From an uncultured delta proteobacterium (GTDB lineage Bacteria > Myxococcota_A > Polyangia > Polyangiales > Polyangiaceae): a DNA stretch of 64,000 nucleotides. Position 1 is the first letter of the stretch; each line of letters begins with the position of its first letter. The position numbers were made by a program, and so were the translations under genes. The stretch spans positions 2,752,001 to 2,816,000 of the forward strand of contig CAWDXG010000004.1 of assembly GCA_963806225.1 (NCBI GenBank). Reading direction: 5' to 3'. Under the pieces are notes generated by a model, which worked only from the letters and a program-made list of their open reading frames with translations, made no database searches and had not been told where the DNA came from. Below are positions 1 through 8,690 of the stretch, in pieces.

Positions 1-2658
1 GACAGGCTCGCAGCAGCCCGTCACGCAGTAGTAGCCGGACTGACACGGAGCCTGGCCGGGCTGGCCACACAGCTGCAGACCGGACGGGCAGGTCTGCTGG
101 GTACAGTCGGGCGGCAGCGTGGTCTTGCCGATGCAGAGCTCGCAGTGCTCGCAGGCGTTCAGGCAGGACGGGACCTGCTCGCAGGGCTTGCACTTCGTCG
201 GGTCGCCCACGTCGGCGAGCGTGCACGAGCCGTTGCCGCTGGAGTCGAGCGAGCCGAGGAAGACCGGCGTGGCTGCACCCGGGATGACGCAGCAGCCGAA
301 GCAGTCGCAGCCGTTCGGTACGAGCGGGCCGCAGTAGCTCCCGCACTGCGCCGACTGCGCGGAGTACAGCTGGGAGCAATCCTGGCTGGTGCCCGGGATG
401 CCCTTGTTCGGGTTGTAGGAGCACTTGCTGCCGTACGGGTTGTAGTCGGGCGCGACCTCGTTCGGATCGCAGGTGTGGCTCCAGTAGCAGTCGTCGTTCC
501 CGGCGCCCGTGTCCTGGTCGAAGTAGCAGTCCTCCTTGCAGGGCGCCTTGTTCTGGCCCGGGATGTCGCCGTAGAAGCCGGTCTCGTTGTTGTCGCAGAC
601 GCCGATGCAGTCGGGGTCCGCCGAGTCGATCTTGCAGTCACCATCGTTGTCGACGCAGTCGCCGCACTGGTAGACCTTGCCCTGGCAGGTGCTGACGGTG
701 CAGAAGTTGCCGCAGCCGCCCTGGGTTGCGTTGCAGGTCTGCCCGCAGCCGCACAGGCTGTCATCGGGAATGTGCGTGCAGCCGCCGGCGGACTCGCTGC
801 ACACGTCCGTGGTGCACGCGATGCCGTCATCCGCGCACTGGGGAGGTGTGCCTGACACGCAGCCCTGGGCATCCGCGCCCGTCGCGCCCGGATTGCACTT
901 CTCGGTTCCGTCGCAGACGATCCCGTCGGAACAGATGGTGTTGTCCGGCGTATGGGCACAGCCGAGGGTCGAGATGCAGCTATCGTCCGTGCAGGGTACG
1001 CCGTCGTCGCAATTCAGCGGAGTGCCGCTCTTGCAGCCGGAGGTCGGATCGCAGACCTCGTCGCCGTTGCACAGGTCGGCGTCGGCGCAATACGCGTCGA
1101 TCGGCGTGTGTGAGCAGACGGGGCTGCCTGTCGGGTTGCACTGGTCGTAGGTGCACGGGATCCCGTCGTCGCAGTCTTTCGGCGTGCCCGCCTTGCAGAC
1201 ACCCGGATTCGTCGAGAGATCGCAGTATTCCGTGCCATTGCACGGATTTTGGTCGTCGCAGTCGGAATTCTGCGAGCACTGGGTGCCGGCCTGGCAGCCC
1301 AGGTTCGTACAGAACTCGCCAGCGGTAGTGCACTTGGAGCTGTCGAGCGTGGTCTGGCAGCTCTTCGTGGCCTCGTCGCACGCCTCGATGGTGCAGGCGT
1401 ACTGGTCATGCTGACACGAGACAGCCGGGCCGGGCTTGCAGCCTATGGCCGGATCGCAGGTCTCGGCTCCGTTGCAGTAGACGCCGTCGTCGCACTTGTT
1501 GTCGTCCGGCGTGTGGTCGCAACTGTCCGTCTGCTCGTTGCACGTGTCGGTCGTGCAGGCGAGACCGTCCTCGCAGTCGACGGCCGTGCCGACGACGCAG
1601 CCCGTTCCAGCGGCGCCGTTGACCGGATCGCAGGTCTCCACGCCGTCGCAGTACAGACCGTCGTCGCACTTCGTGTCGTCGGGTGTGTGGACGCACTTGT
1701 CGTTCGTGTCGTCGCAACTATCCACGGTGCAGGACAGACCGTCGTCGCAGTTGACGGCCGTGCCTGCGACGCAACCCGTCGTGGGATCCGCACCGCTCGC
1801 GCTCGGGTTGCACTGCTCGGTGCCGTCGCAGAACAAGCCATCCTGGCACACCGAGTCCTGGATCACCGTCTGGCAGCTCTTGGTGGACTCGTCGCAGAAC
1901 TCCTTGGTGCAGCTGAAGCCGTCATCCGCGCAGACGACCGGCGTGCCCGGCTGGCACACGCCATTGGCGTCGCAGGTCTCGACGCCGTCGCAGTACACGC
2001 CGTCATCGCAGTCGCTGCTGGTCTGGCATTGCGGAGCGGCGTCGCCCGCGTCACCCGCGTCCGTCGCCGCGTCGCTGCCCGCGTCGGCGCCGCTGCTGCC
2101 CGCGGTGCCCGCGGTGCCGCCACTGCCAGCGCTGCCGGCCGTACCGCCGCTGCCAGCGCTCCCGCCAGTGCCGGTGCCGCCCGTACCGCCGCTGCCAGCG
2201 CTGCCGCCGGCGCCGGTGCCGCCCGTACCGGCCGTGCCCCCGGTGCCGCCGGTGCTGGTACCGCCCGAACCGCCGGTGCTGGAGCCACCACCGCCGGCCG
2301 TGCCACCGACGCCACCGACGCCACCCGTGCTCGTGCCACCGACACCGCCAGCGCCCGCGCTGGCGTCCACGCCACCGCTGCCCCCGAGAGCGCCCGTGCC
2401 GCCGCTACCTCCCACAGCACCCGTGCCGCCGCTGCCGCCCACGGCACCCGTACCGCCGGTGCCGGAGCTGCCTCCCATTGCACCGCCGCCGCCAGAACCG
2501 CCCGTCCCGCTCCCGCCGAACGAGGTGCCGGCACTGCCATCACCCGCGCCGCCGGACCCACCGCTGGAGCTCGACTGCGGGCTGCTGCCACATCCTGTGC
2601 CGGCGAGTGCCGCCGCACAGATCCCTATTGCCAGTAGTCTCGCTCGCATGTGGCGCAT
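1..2658 (-). CDS. Large Cys-rich repeat lipoprotein (>=886 aa, 3' end runs off the window)
   Basis: Not in the ORF track because it has no stop in the window; translated by hand. MRHMRARLLAIGICAAALAGTGC (signal + lipobox Cys) after an AGGGG RBS, a Gly/Thr linker, about seven C-x-DG-xx-C-x-G-x-E-x-C...C-x-DG-xx-CT-x-D-x-C units (Dictyostelium CTDC-like), then a C-terminal domain homologous to 4125..5069. Alternative starts at 2664 and 2649. Confidence 0.88.
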   Translation of the reverse strand, partial: MRHMRARLLAIGICAAALAGTGCGSSPQSSSSGGSGGAGDGSAGTSFGGSGTGGSGGGGAMGGSSGTGGTGAVGGSGGTGAVGGSGGTGALGGSGGVDASAGAGGVGGTSTGGVGGVGGTAGGGGSSTGGSGGTSTGGTGGTAGTGGTGAGGSAGSGGTGGTGTGGSAGSGGTAGSAGSGGTAGTAGSSGADAGSDAATDAGDAGDAAPQCQTSSDCDDGVYCDGVETCDANGVCQPGTPVVCADDGFSCTKEFCDESTKSCQTVIQDSVCQDGLFCDGTEQCNPSASGADPTTGCVAGTAVNCDDGLSCTVDSCDDTNDKCVHTPDDTKCDDGLYCDGVETCDPVNGAAGTGCVVGTAVDCEDGLACTTDTCNEQTDSCDHTPDDNKCDDGVYCNGAETCDPAIGCKPGPAVSCQHDQYACTIEACDEATKSCQTTLDSSKCTTAGEFCTNLGCQAGTQCSQNSDCDDQNPCNGTEYCDLSTNPGVCKAGTPKDCDDGIPCTYDQCNPTGSPVCSHTPIDAYCADADLCNGDEVCDPTSGCKSGTPLNCDDGVPCTDDSCISTLGCAHTPDNTICSDGIVCDGTEKCNPGATGADAQGCVSGTPPQCADDGIACTTDVCSESAGGCTHIPDDSLCGCGQTCNATQGGCGNFCTVSTCQGKVYQCGDCVDNDGDCKIDSADPDCIGVCDNNETGFYGDIPGQNKAPCKEDCYFDQDTGAGNDDCYWSHTCDPNEVAPDYNPYGSKCSYNPNKGIPGTSQDCSQLYSAQSAQCGSYCGPLVPNGCDCFGCCVIPGAATPVFLGSLDSSGNGSCTLADVGDPTKCKPCEQVPSCLNACEHCELCIGKTTLPPDCTQQTCPSGLQLCGQPGQAPCQSGYYCVTGCCEPV

Positions 2659-2712
2659 CACCATCCCCCTCTGTTCGCACGATGGGCCGAAGAGCAGATT
2701 CAACCTACAAGA

Positions 2713-4104
2713 CTACTTGTAGACGAACACACCTTTCAAGTCCTCGGTGGCGGAGATCGGGACGCCCGACTTGATCGAGACCGCACGGAGCTGGTAGAAC
2801 ATGCCGGGCGTCAGAGCGGGACCCGCATAGTCGAGCGTCACGTGCTGGTTTCCCTTGGGCCCGATAATCCCGGTCTGTTCCCAGACCTGGTTCCCCAGCG
2901 CGTCATAGATGTCGGCCGTGTAGCTGTCCTCGCTCGAGTCGTCTTCCCACTCGAAGTGCGGCGTGCCGCTCATGCTCGCGACATCGGGAGAAGGATCGGG
3001 CGGCGCGTAGACGGCCAACGCGCCGGTCACCTTGAAACCTTGCGATATCGCCTGGTTCGAACCGGAAACCGTGATGTGCACGATCTGCGTGCCGCCGATG
3101 CTGGTATCCGGGTCGCGCACCAGACCGTCGTTCTCGAACGCTGCGAGGACTACGTACTTCCCGTCGGGTACGTTGGGGATCGACCAGGCACCGCTCACGT
3201 TCTCGGCCTTCAGGCCGGGCGGCGCCTCGCCGCGAGCGACGTTCGGAACGAAGGTGTCCTCGACGACCAGGATCACCGAGGTCGTCGCGCCGCCGGGTGC
3301 GTTGACGATCTGCACCGTGCCGCTGACCGTGGCGGTCGCCTTGCCGAGCACGTCGAAATCGACGTTCTCCGTCGTGGCGCCCGCCTTCACGTCGGCCGTC
3401 GCCGGCTTCAGGTTCACGCCCGCTGCGTAGCCCTTCACGTCGACGGCGCCGGGGTTCACGTTGAAGACGGTGTACGCGCCGTCCTTGTCCGCAACGCCCG
3501 TGGAGCCCCCGGCCACGACCAGTGTGCCGCCGGGGCTGTCGCTCTTGACGTGGCCGGACACCACGCCCAGGCCCGCCGCATTCGCGAGCGGGATGAGGCC
3601 GATGTCGGTGGCCGTCGTCTTGACGACGGGCGGGTCACCCGTCGCCGCCGACATGTCCACTGGCAAGGCGGTGCGCGGCGCCTTGGGGAACGTGACGTAT
3701 CCCGCCGCATCAGCGCGCAGCGTGTACTTGGTGTTGGGCGAGAGCTTCCCGGTCTTGTCCGTGCGCTGGACGGGAACCGTGAGCGAGTAGTTGCCGTCCT
3801 TGTCCGTCACCGCCACCCCCGAGACGGCTGCGCCGTTCACGTCGCGCGCCACGACGTCGGCGCCATCGATGCCCTTGGTCGTGGTGGTGTCGAACACCAT
3901 GCCCTTCACGGTCACCGGCTGGAAGCAGCCCGGGTCCCCGCCGACAACCTGCTCGCAGACCTGGCCGGTCTTGCATCCTGTCTGATCCATGACCGAGCAG
4001 GGCTTTGCGTTGCTGCTGGACGGCGGTGGTTTGCTGCTCCCGCAGCCGCCGAGGAGCGCAAGCGAAAGAGCGAGCGAAAGAGCCTGTCGTGCGAACGATC
4101 CCAT
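2713..4104 (-). CDS. Lipoprotein with carboxypeptidase-regulatory-like / Ig-like beta-sandwich domains (463 aa)
   Basis: MGSFARQALSLALSLALLGGC lipobox after a GGAGG RBS. Repeated V-x-G-x-V...TD-x-DG-x-Y...(VPDG-x-Y) patterns are typical of CarboxypepD_reg-like domains. Confidence 0.75.
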   Translation of the reverse strand: MGSFARQALSLALSLALLGGCGSSKPPPSSSNAKPCSVMDQTGCKTGQVCEQVVGGDPGCFQPVTVKGMVFDTTTTKGIDGADVVARDVNGAAVSGVAVTDKDGNYSLTVPVQRTDKTGKLSPNTKYTLRADAAGYVTFPKAPRTALPVDMSAATGDPPVVKTTATDIGLIPLANAAGLGVVSGHVKSDSPGGTLVVAGGSTGVADKDGAYTVFNVNPGAVDVKGYAAGVNLKPATADVKAGATTENVDFDVLGKATATVSGTVQIVNAPGGATTSVILVVEDTFVPNVARGEAPPGLKAENVSGAWSIPNVPDGKYVVLAAFENDGLVRDPDTSIGGTQIVHITVSGSNQAISQGFKVTGALAVYAPPDPSPDVASMSGTPHFEWEDDSSEDSYTADIYDALGNQVWEQTGIIGPKGNQHVTLDYAGPALTPGMFYQLRAVSIKSGVPISATEDLKGVFVYK

Positions 4105-4124
4105 GCTGGACCTCCGTTGTCTGT

Positions 4125-5069
4125 TCAAGCGGGTATCGGCTTGCAGCAGCCGGTGATGCAGTAGTAGTTGGCAGGGCACGCTGCCTCGCCCGGTTGACCG
4201 CAACTCTGGTCGCCCGGAGCGCACTGATGAGCAGTACCGCTGTCCGGCGTGCAGCCAGCCGGAACCTTCGACCTGCCGATGCACACCTCGCACGGACCGC
4301 AGTCGTTGAAGCAGGACTTCACGGGCGTGCACGGGTGGCACTTCGTCGCGTCGCCGACGTTGGCCGCGTCACAGCTGCCGACGCCGTTGTCGGTGGAACC
4401 GAGCCAGACGAACTTGCCGCTCCCGGCGGGCAGCTCGCAACAGCCGAAACAGTCACACCCGTTCGGCGTCAACGGCCCGCAGTAGCCGGAGCAGGTGGGT
4501 GACTGCGTCTGCATGAGAGCCGAGCAGCTCTGCGACGTGCCCGGTATCGTCGCGTTCGCGTTGTAGGAGCACTTGTTGTCACCACTCGGCGGATAGTCGG
4601 GCGGCTTGGAGAGCGGATCGCAGCTCTGGCTCCAGAAGCAGTCGTCGTTGCCGGGTCCTGTGTCCTGGTCGAAGTAGCAGTCCTGACGGCAAGGCGCGTT
4701 GTTCTGCCCGGGGATCCCGCCGTAGTAGGAGTCCTCGGTGTTGTCGCACGGGCCCAGGCAGTCCGGATCCTGCGCGTCGGTCAGTCCGTCGTTGTCGTTG
4801 TCGAGGCCATCGCCGCACTGGTAGATGTGGCCCAGGCACGAGGTGACACTAGTCGGTGGCACGCCGGCCGTTCCGCCGCTTTTTGTTCCGGAAGCTCCGC
4901 CGGTGCCGACCGTCCCGGACGTTCCGCCGGATACGGCGCTAGCGTGGTCGGCGCCGACCTGCACGTTGTCCCCGCAAGCGGTGAAGGCCAGCCCACACGC
5001 CGCGAGCAGCCCACCGACCAGCAATACCCCGCGTGCCAGTGATGGCGGTCGGATAGATCGAAGACGCAT
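4125..5069 (-). CDS. Cys-rich lipoprotein (314 aa) with DxDxDG-type metal-binding motif
   Basis: Signal ending LAFTAC, short Gly/Thr linker, CGDGLDNDNDGLTDAQDPDC and NGCDCFGCC; paralogous to the C-terminus of the 1..2658 protein. Confidence 0.85.
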   Translation of the reverse strand: MRLRSIRPPSLARGVLLVGGLLAACGLAFTACGDNVQVGADHASAVSGGTSGTVGTGGASGTKSGGTAGVPPTSVTSCLGHIYQCGDGLDNDNDGLTDAQDPDCLGPCDNTEDSYYGGIPGQNNAPCRQDCYFDQDTGPGNDDCFWSQSCDPLSKPPDYPPSGDNKCSYNANATIPGTSQSCSALMQTQSPTCSGYCGPLTPNGCDCFGCCELPAGSGKFVWLGSTDNGVGSCDAANVGDATKCHPCTPVKSCFNDCGPCEVCIGRSKVPAGCTPDSGTAHQCAPGDQSCGQPGEAACPANYYCITGCCKPIPA

Positions 5070-5159
5070 GGATCCCGTGAAAAGCCAGCCGCACGCCCGT
5101 CAGTGGCATGGACCGGAGAAGTTTATCACCGGCTCCCTGACCCACCCCGCCGCGTCGCG

Positions 5160-5924
5160 TCAATCGCCTTCGACGGTGGCGCCAACCTTGCTTTCGTGGG
5201 CGGAATCCGGATACCGCTGCTTGAAGTCGTTGGCCTTCTTGCGGGCCTCGCTGGTCCGCCCGAGCCGGGTCAGAGCCTCGATCGCGATCACCTCGCGCTC
5301 CTGGGACAACGCCCCATGCGGATACAGGCGGCGGTGCTCCTCCACCAGCGCGAGGGCCCGATGCGGATCCGTCTTCAGCGCCGACTGGGCCGCCTGTAGT
5401 AGCGAGGCTTCCGGAGGCGCGGCCTTCTTCGCGGAATCACCAGCCGTCGCGGGCTCGGCGGGCTGCGCCTGCTTTGGCGACTGCGGTGCGGGCTCGGCGG
5501 GCTGCTCTGTAGCGGCGCTGGCTGCGGGCGGCAGGAGCGGTTGACGGGCGGCCGGTGGCGTTGCGGGAGCCGGCGCGGCTAGCGGCGCCGACGGCTGCCG
5601 GACCGGAGCGGGTGGCGGCGCGTTGCCGCGCGTCGCGAACCAGATCGCACTGCCGCCAACAAGGCCCGCCGCGACCAGCGCGGCGCCCACCTTGACGCCC
5701 AGTGCCACGCCTCCGGTCGCGCCGGCCGTCGCTCCCGAAGTCGACGCAGCACCCGCCCCCGCAGCGGTCCCGATAGCTGCCCCCCCGAGCAGCGGACCGA
5801 GCCGAGTCGCCACGCGCTTGAGCTGCGACTCGCTCGGAACATCCTCGCGGGCTGCCGACAGCAGGTTCCGGAGCTCTTCCGGCGCTTCGGAGCCATCTGT
5901 CAGGCGCGTCGGATCGCCGCTCAT
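5160..5924 (-). CDS. Putative anti-sigma factor (single TM, Pro/Ala linker, C-terminal TPR-like helical domain)
   Basis: ATG at 5924 overlaps the sigma factor stop (ATGA). TM VGAALVAAGLVGGSAIWF; C-terminal ALALVEEHRRLYPHG...EREVIAIEALTRLG...F..RYPDS TPR-like pattern. Confidence 0.75.
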   Translation of the reverse strand: MSGDPTRLTDGSEAPEELRNLLSAAREDVPSESQLKRVATRLGPLLGGAAIGTAAGAGAASTSGATAGATGGVALGVKVGAALVAAGLVGGSAIWFATRGNAPPPAPVRQPSAPLAAPAPATPPAARQPLLPPAASAATEQPAEPAPQSPKQAQPAEPATAGDSAKKAAPPEASLLQAAQSALKTDPHRALALVEEHRRLYPHGALSQEREVIAIEALTRLGRTSEARKKANDFKQRYPDSAHESKVGATVEGD

Positions 5925-6520
5925 GACCCCTTCTCCTGGCCATAGACGCGCTGGGCGGCCGCCAGTACCAACTTGCGTGCGGCGTGCAGCCGGGAATACG
6001 CGGTCTGCAGCGGGCACCCCACAGCTTTGGCGATCTCCTTCATCGGGAGCCCCTCGATCTCGTAGAGGACGAAGACGGCGCGCTTGTCTTCGTCCAGCTG
6101 ATCGAGCAGCGCGGAGAGCAGCGCCCGCGCCCGGCCGCGCTCGTAGTCGTCGACCTGCGTGGGCTCGACGGCGCGGGACGGCAGGTCCGCCACGGGAAGC
6201 TCGCGGCGTACGTGGGCCCGCCGGCGCCGATCCGATGCGACGCGCAGGCAGATTCCGTAGATCCACGTCTTGAGCGACGAGCGCCCCTCGAAGCCATCCA
6301 GCTTGCGGTGGATGGCCACGAAGACATCCTGGCACGAGTCCTCGATGTCCGATTCCGGGACACCGAGATGGCGCAGGGTACGCCATACAAATGCTGCATG
6401 CTCATCGAAGACCTGACGGAGCGTGGGGCGGGAGGCGGCCATCATCGAGTGCGCTCCACTCTCCGGCTCGCCCACCGAAGTGCGTGGGTGTTCATCTGTG
6501 AGTGGGGCCTGCCGGGTCAC
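5921..6520 (-). CDS. ECF RNA polymerase sigma-70 factor
   Basis: Region 2 FVWRTLRHLG...EDSCQDVF...FEGRSSLKTWIYGI and region 4 LDEDKRAVFVLYEIEGLPMKEIAKAVGCPLQTAYSRLHAAR. Start may be 6445. Confidence 0.95.
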   Translation of the reverse strand: MTRQAPLTDEHPRTSVGEPESGAHSMMAASRPTLRQVFDEHAAFVWRTLRHLGVPESDIEDSCQDVFVAIHRKLDGFEGRSSLKTWIYGICLRVASDRRRRAHVRRELPVADLPSRAVEPTQVDDYERGRARALLSALLDQLDEDKRAVFVLYEIEGLPMKEIAKAVGCPLQTAYSRLHAARKLVLAAAQRVYGQEKGS

Positions 6521-6524
6521 GTTA

Positions 6525-7544
6525 TTACCGCCTGCCCCAGCCTACGCCGACGAGCACCTCTGCGGTACCGACCACCGGCGCCATCCGGTAGAGCTCTTCC
6601 GTGCGGCCGTTGGCCCGGGTCGCCACGAAATGATCGCGGGATAGGGGCGCTTCCAGCCCCACCCCCGCACCGAGCAGGAGCGGTCCGACCAGCCGGGCCG
6701 TCAGCCGCGCCTTCATTCCCGGATTGTAGACGACGCGCGGCTCTCGGTGGTCCTCGTCGAAGCCAAAGCCCTCCGCGACCAGGCGCCCGACCCGCTGTCC
6801 CACGCAGCCCCGGAAGCGGACGCGCGCGGAACCCAGCTGCAGCGGACACAGGTACAGGCCCACGCTGGCGAGCGAGAACCGGCTGCCCGAGCCGCCACTC
6901 GAGGAGTCGGCGCGGCGGGTCATCCACAGCTCGCCATCGAGCTCGGTAAACCAGAACCCGGGCGGCTGCACTCCGACGCCGACGCCCAATCCAAGGGCCG
7001 CACCGGGCATCAGCCCGAGAGCGGCGACGCCCCGCGCATCCGCCTCGAAACCCCACGGACTTCGTGGGGCCGGAGTCCCGCGCGGCAGTTGGATGGGCGT
7101 GGTGCGGGGCGCGGCCGTTGGTGGAGCGCTCTTCGCCGGAGGCGCAGGCAGTTCCTCGCGCGGGATGTCGATCATCAGGGCCACGATCAGGGCGAGCGAT
7201 GCGTCGAGCGCCGAGCAGTCCTCGGCGCGCGTGGACAGCGTGCGCTTGCCCATCGGTTGACCCGCGGCACTCTCGAGAGCGAGGTCGGCGGTCCAGCCCT
7301 CACCCCCGGCTGCGGGTTCGAGCTGGGCGTGGACCACGACATCCGCCTGCTTCGTGGGCACGAACACGCGACGGCCCAGACGCGATTCCACAGCCTTGGT
7401 GAGCGCGGCCGGGGCCACGCAGTGCTCGGCACCGGGCCCACGCCGCCAGTCGAGAGCCGCCCGGACGGGCGGCGCTGGCTCGGCCTTTGCCACGGCACCC
7501 GCGAGCAACACCAGAGCCGCGGAGAGCGTGGCCAGGACCCGCAT
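6525..7544 (-). CDS. Secreted protein with probable C-terminal beta-barrel (339 aa)
   Basis: Signal peptide MRVLATLSAALVLLAGAVAKA; N-domain with a Cys pair, Pro linker, amphipathic beta-strand pattern ending VLVGVGWGRR. The barrel is an inference. Confidence 0.65.
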   Translation of the reverse strand: MRVLATLSAALVLLAGAVAKAEPAPPVRAALDWRRGPGAEHCVAPAALTKAVESRLGRRVFVPTKQADVVVHAQLEPAAGGEGWTADLALESAAGQPMGKRTLSTRAEDCSALDASLALIVALMIDIPREELPAPPAKSAPPTAAPRTTPIQLPRGTPAPRSPWGFEADARGVAALGLMPGAALGLGVGVGVQPPGFWFTELDGELWMTRRADSSSGGSGSRFSLASVGLYLCPLQLGSARVRFRGCVGQRVGRLVAEGFGFDEDHREPRVVYNPGMKARLTARLVGPLLLGAGVGLEAPLSRDHFVATRANGRTEELYRMAPVVGTAEVLVGVGWGRR

Positions 7545-7703
7545 GAGCACGACTCTCCCCCGCCTGCCCGGCGCAAACAAGGGCCTGACCGCCCGCTGCG
7601 ACAGGGACGCCTCGCCAAAAGCTCTTTGCCAGCCGCCGTCTTCCTGGCCACTCTCCGGAGCGGCAGCGACGCATCCCGGGATGCGACGGAGAAAGGAACG
7701 CCG

Positions 7704-8543
7704 ATGGGACTCCTCGAAGGCAAGACCGCAGTGGTCACGGGCGCGGGCAATGGCATCGGGCGTGCGACGGCGCTGCTGTTCGCCCGCGAGAGCGCGAACG
7801 TCGTGGTCAACGACGTCGGCGGCGCGCGCGACGGCAGCGGCAACGACTCGGCGGCCGCCGACCAGGTGGTCGACGCCATCCAGAAGGCGGGCGGCAGCGC
7901 CGCCCCGAACTACGACAGCGTGGCGACGGAAGACGGCGCGGAAGCCGTCATCCAGACTGCGCTCGATCGCTTCGGACAGCTCGACATCCTGATCAACAAC
8001 GCCGGCATCCTGCGCGACAAGACGCTCCTGAAGATGGATCTCGACATGTGGAACGCCGTCCTCCGCGTGCACCTCGACGGCACCTTCCTGTGCATACGCG
8101 CGGCGGCGCGTCACATGAAGAGCACGGGCGGACGCATCGTGAACACGACGAGCGTGTCGGGCATGTTGGGGAATTTCGGACAGACCAACTACTCGGCCGC
8201 CAAGGCTGGCATCTACGGTCTGACACGCACCGCGTCGATCGAGCTGCAGCGCTACGGAGTCACGGTCAACGCCGTTGCGCCGGTGGCGAAGACACGCATG
8301 ACCGAGGATCTGCCGATGTTCGAGAAGCTCGATACCCTGACGCCCGAGCACGTGGCGCCCGCCCATTTATTCCTGGCCAGCGACCTGTGCGGCGACCGCA
8401 CCGGGGCCGTGCTGGCCGTCGCAGGCGGAAAGATGAGCATCTACAAGGTCGTGGAGAGCCCGGGGAAGTTCAAGGAGGCCGACGCCGGCGTGTGGTCCGC
8501 GCACGAGATCGCCGAGCACTGGGACGCGATCAGCAAGCTGTAG
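7704..8543 (+). CDS. Short-chain dehydrogenase/reductase (3-hydroxyacyl-CoA dehydrogenase-like)
   Basis: TGAGNGIG, NNAGILRD, YSAAK; GAAAGGAA RBS. Confidence 0.93.
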   Translation: MGLLEGKTAVVTGAGNGIGRATALLFARESANVVVNDVGGARDGSGNDSAAADQVVDAIQKAGGSAAPNYDSVATEDGAEAVIQTALDRFGQLDILINNAGILRDKTLLKMDLDMWNAVLRVHLDGTFLCIRAAARHMKSTGGRIVNTTSVSGMLGNFGQTNYSAAKAGIYGLTRTASIELQRYGVTVNAVAPVAKTRMTEDLPMFEKLDTLTPEHVAPAHLFLASDLCGDRTGAVLAVAGGKMSIYKVVESPGKFKEADAGVWSAHEIAEHWDAISKL

Positions 8544-8690
8544 CGCGCCGGGAGCCGATTCTCCCGGGATTCCAGTGCAACTCGCAATCGAACAACCGGC
8601 CAGCGCGCGTTGCTGGCCCAGAGGGCGGGTGTTAGGTTTTCTGATGCGAGGGGGCGACAGGAATCGTTTCCCGGACCCCACCACCAACTC

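Noticed and set aside
1..2658. Possible TraA kin-recognition protein
   Set aside because: Cys repeats are present, but I see no PA14-like domain or adjacent OmpA-type traB, and the protein is N-terminally lipidated.
145..4164. Long plus-strand ORFs (145..855, 1249..2637, 1496..2722, 2650..4164)
   Set aside because: Antisense or alternate-frame shadows of the minus-strand lipoprotein genes; expected in high-GC DNA and without motifs.
5083..5098. Minus-strand GGGCGTG-cggc-TGGCT with GG-N10-GC spacing
   Set aside because: Poor match to the sigma54 consensus and leaves almost no leader before the ATG at 5069.
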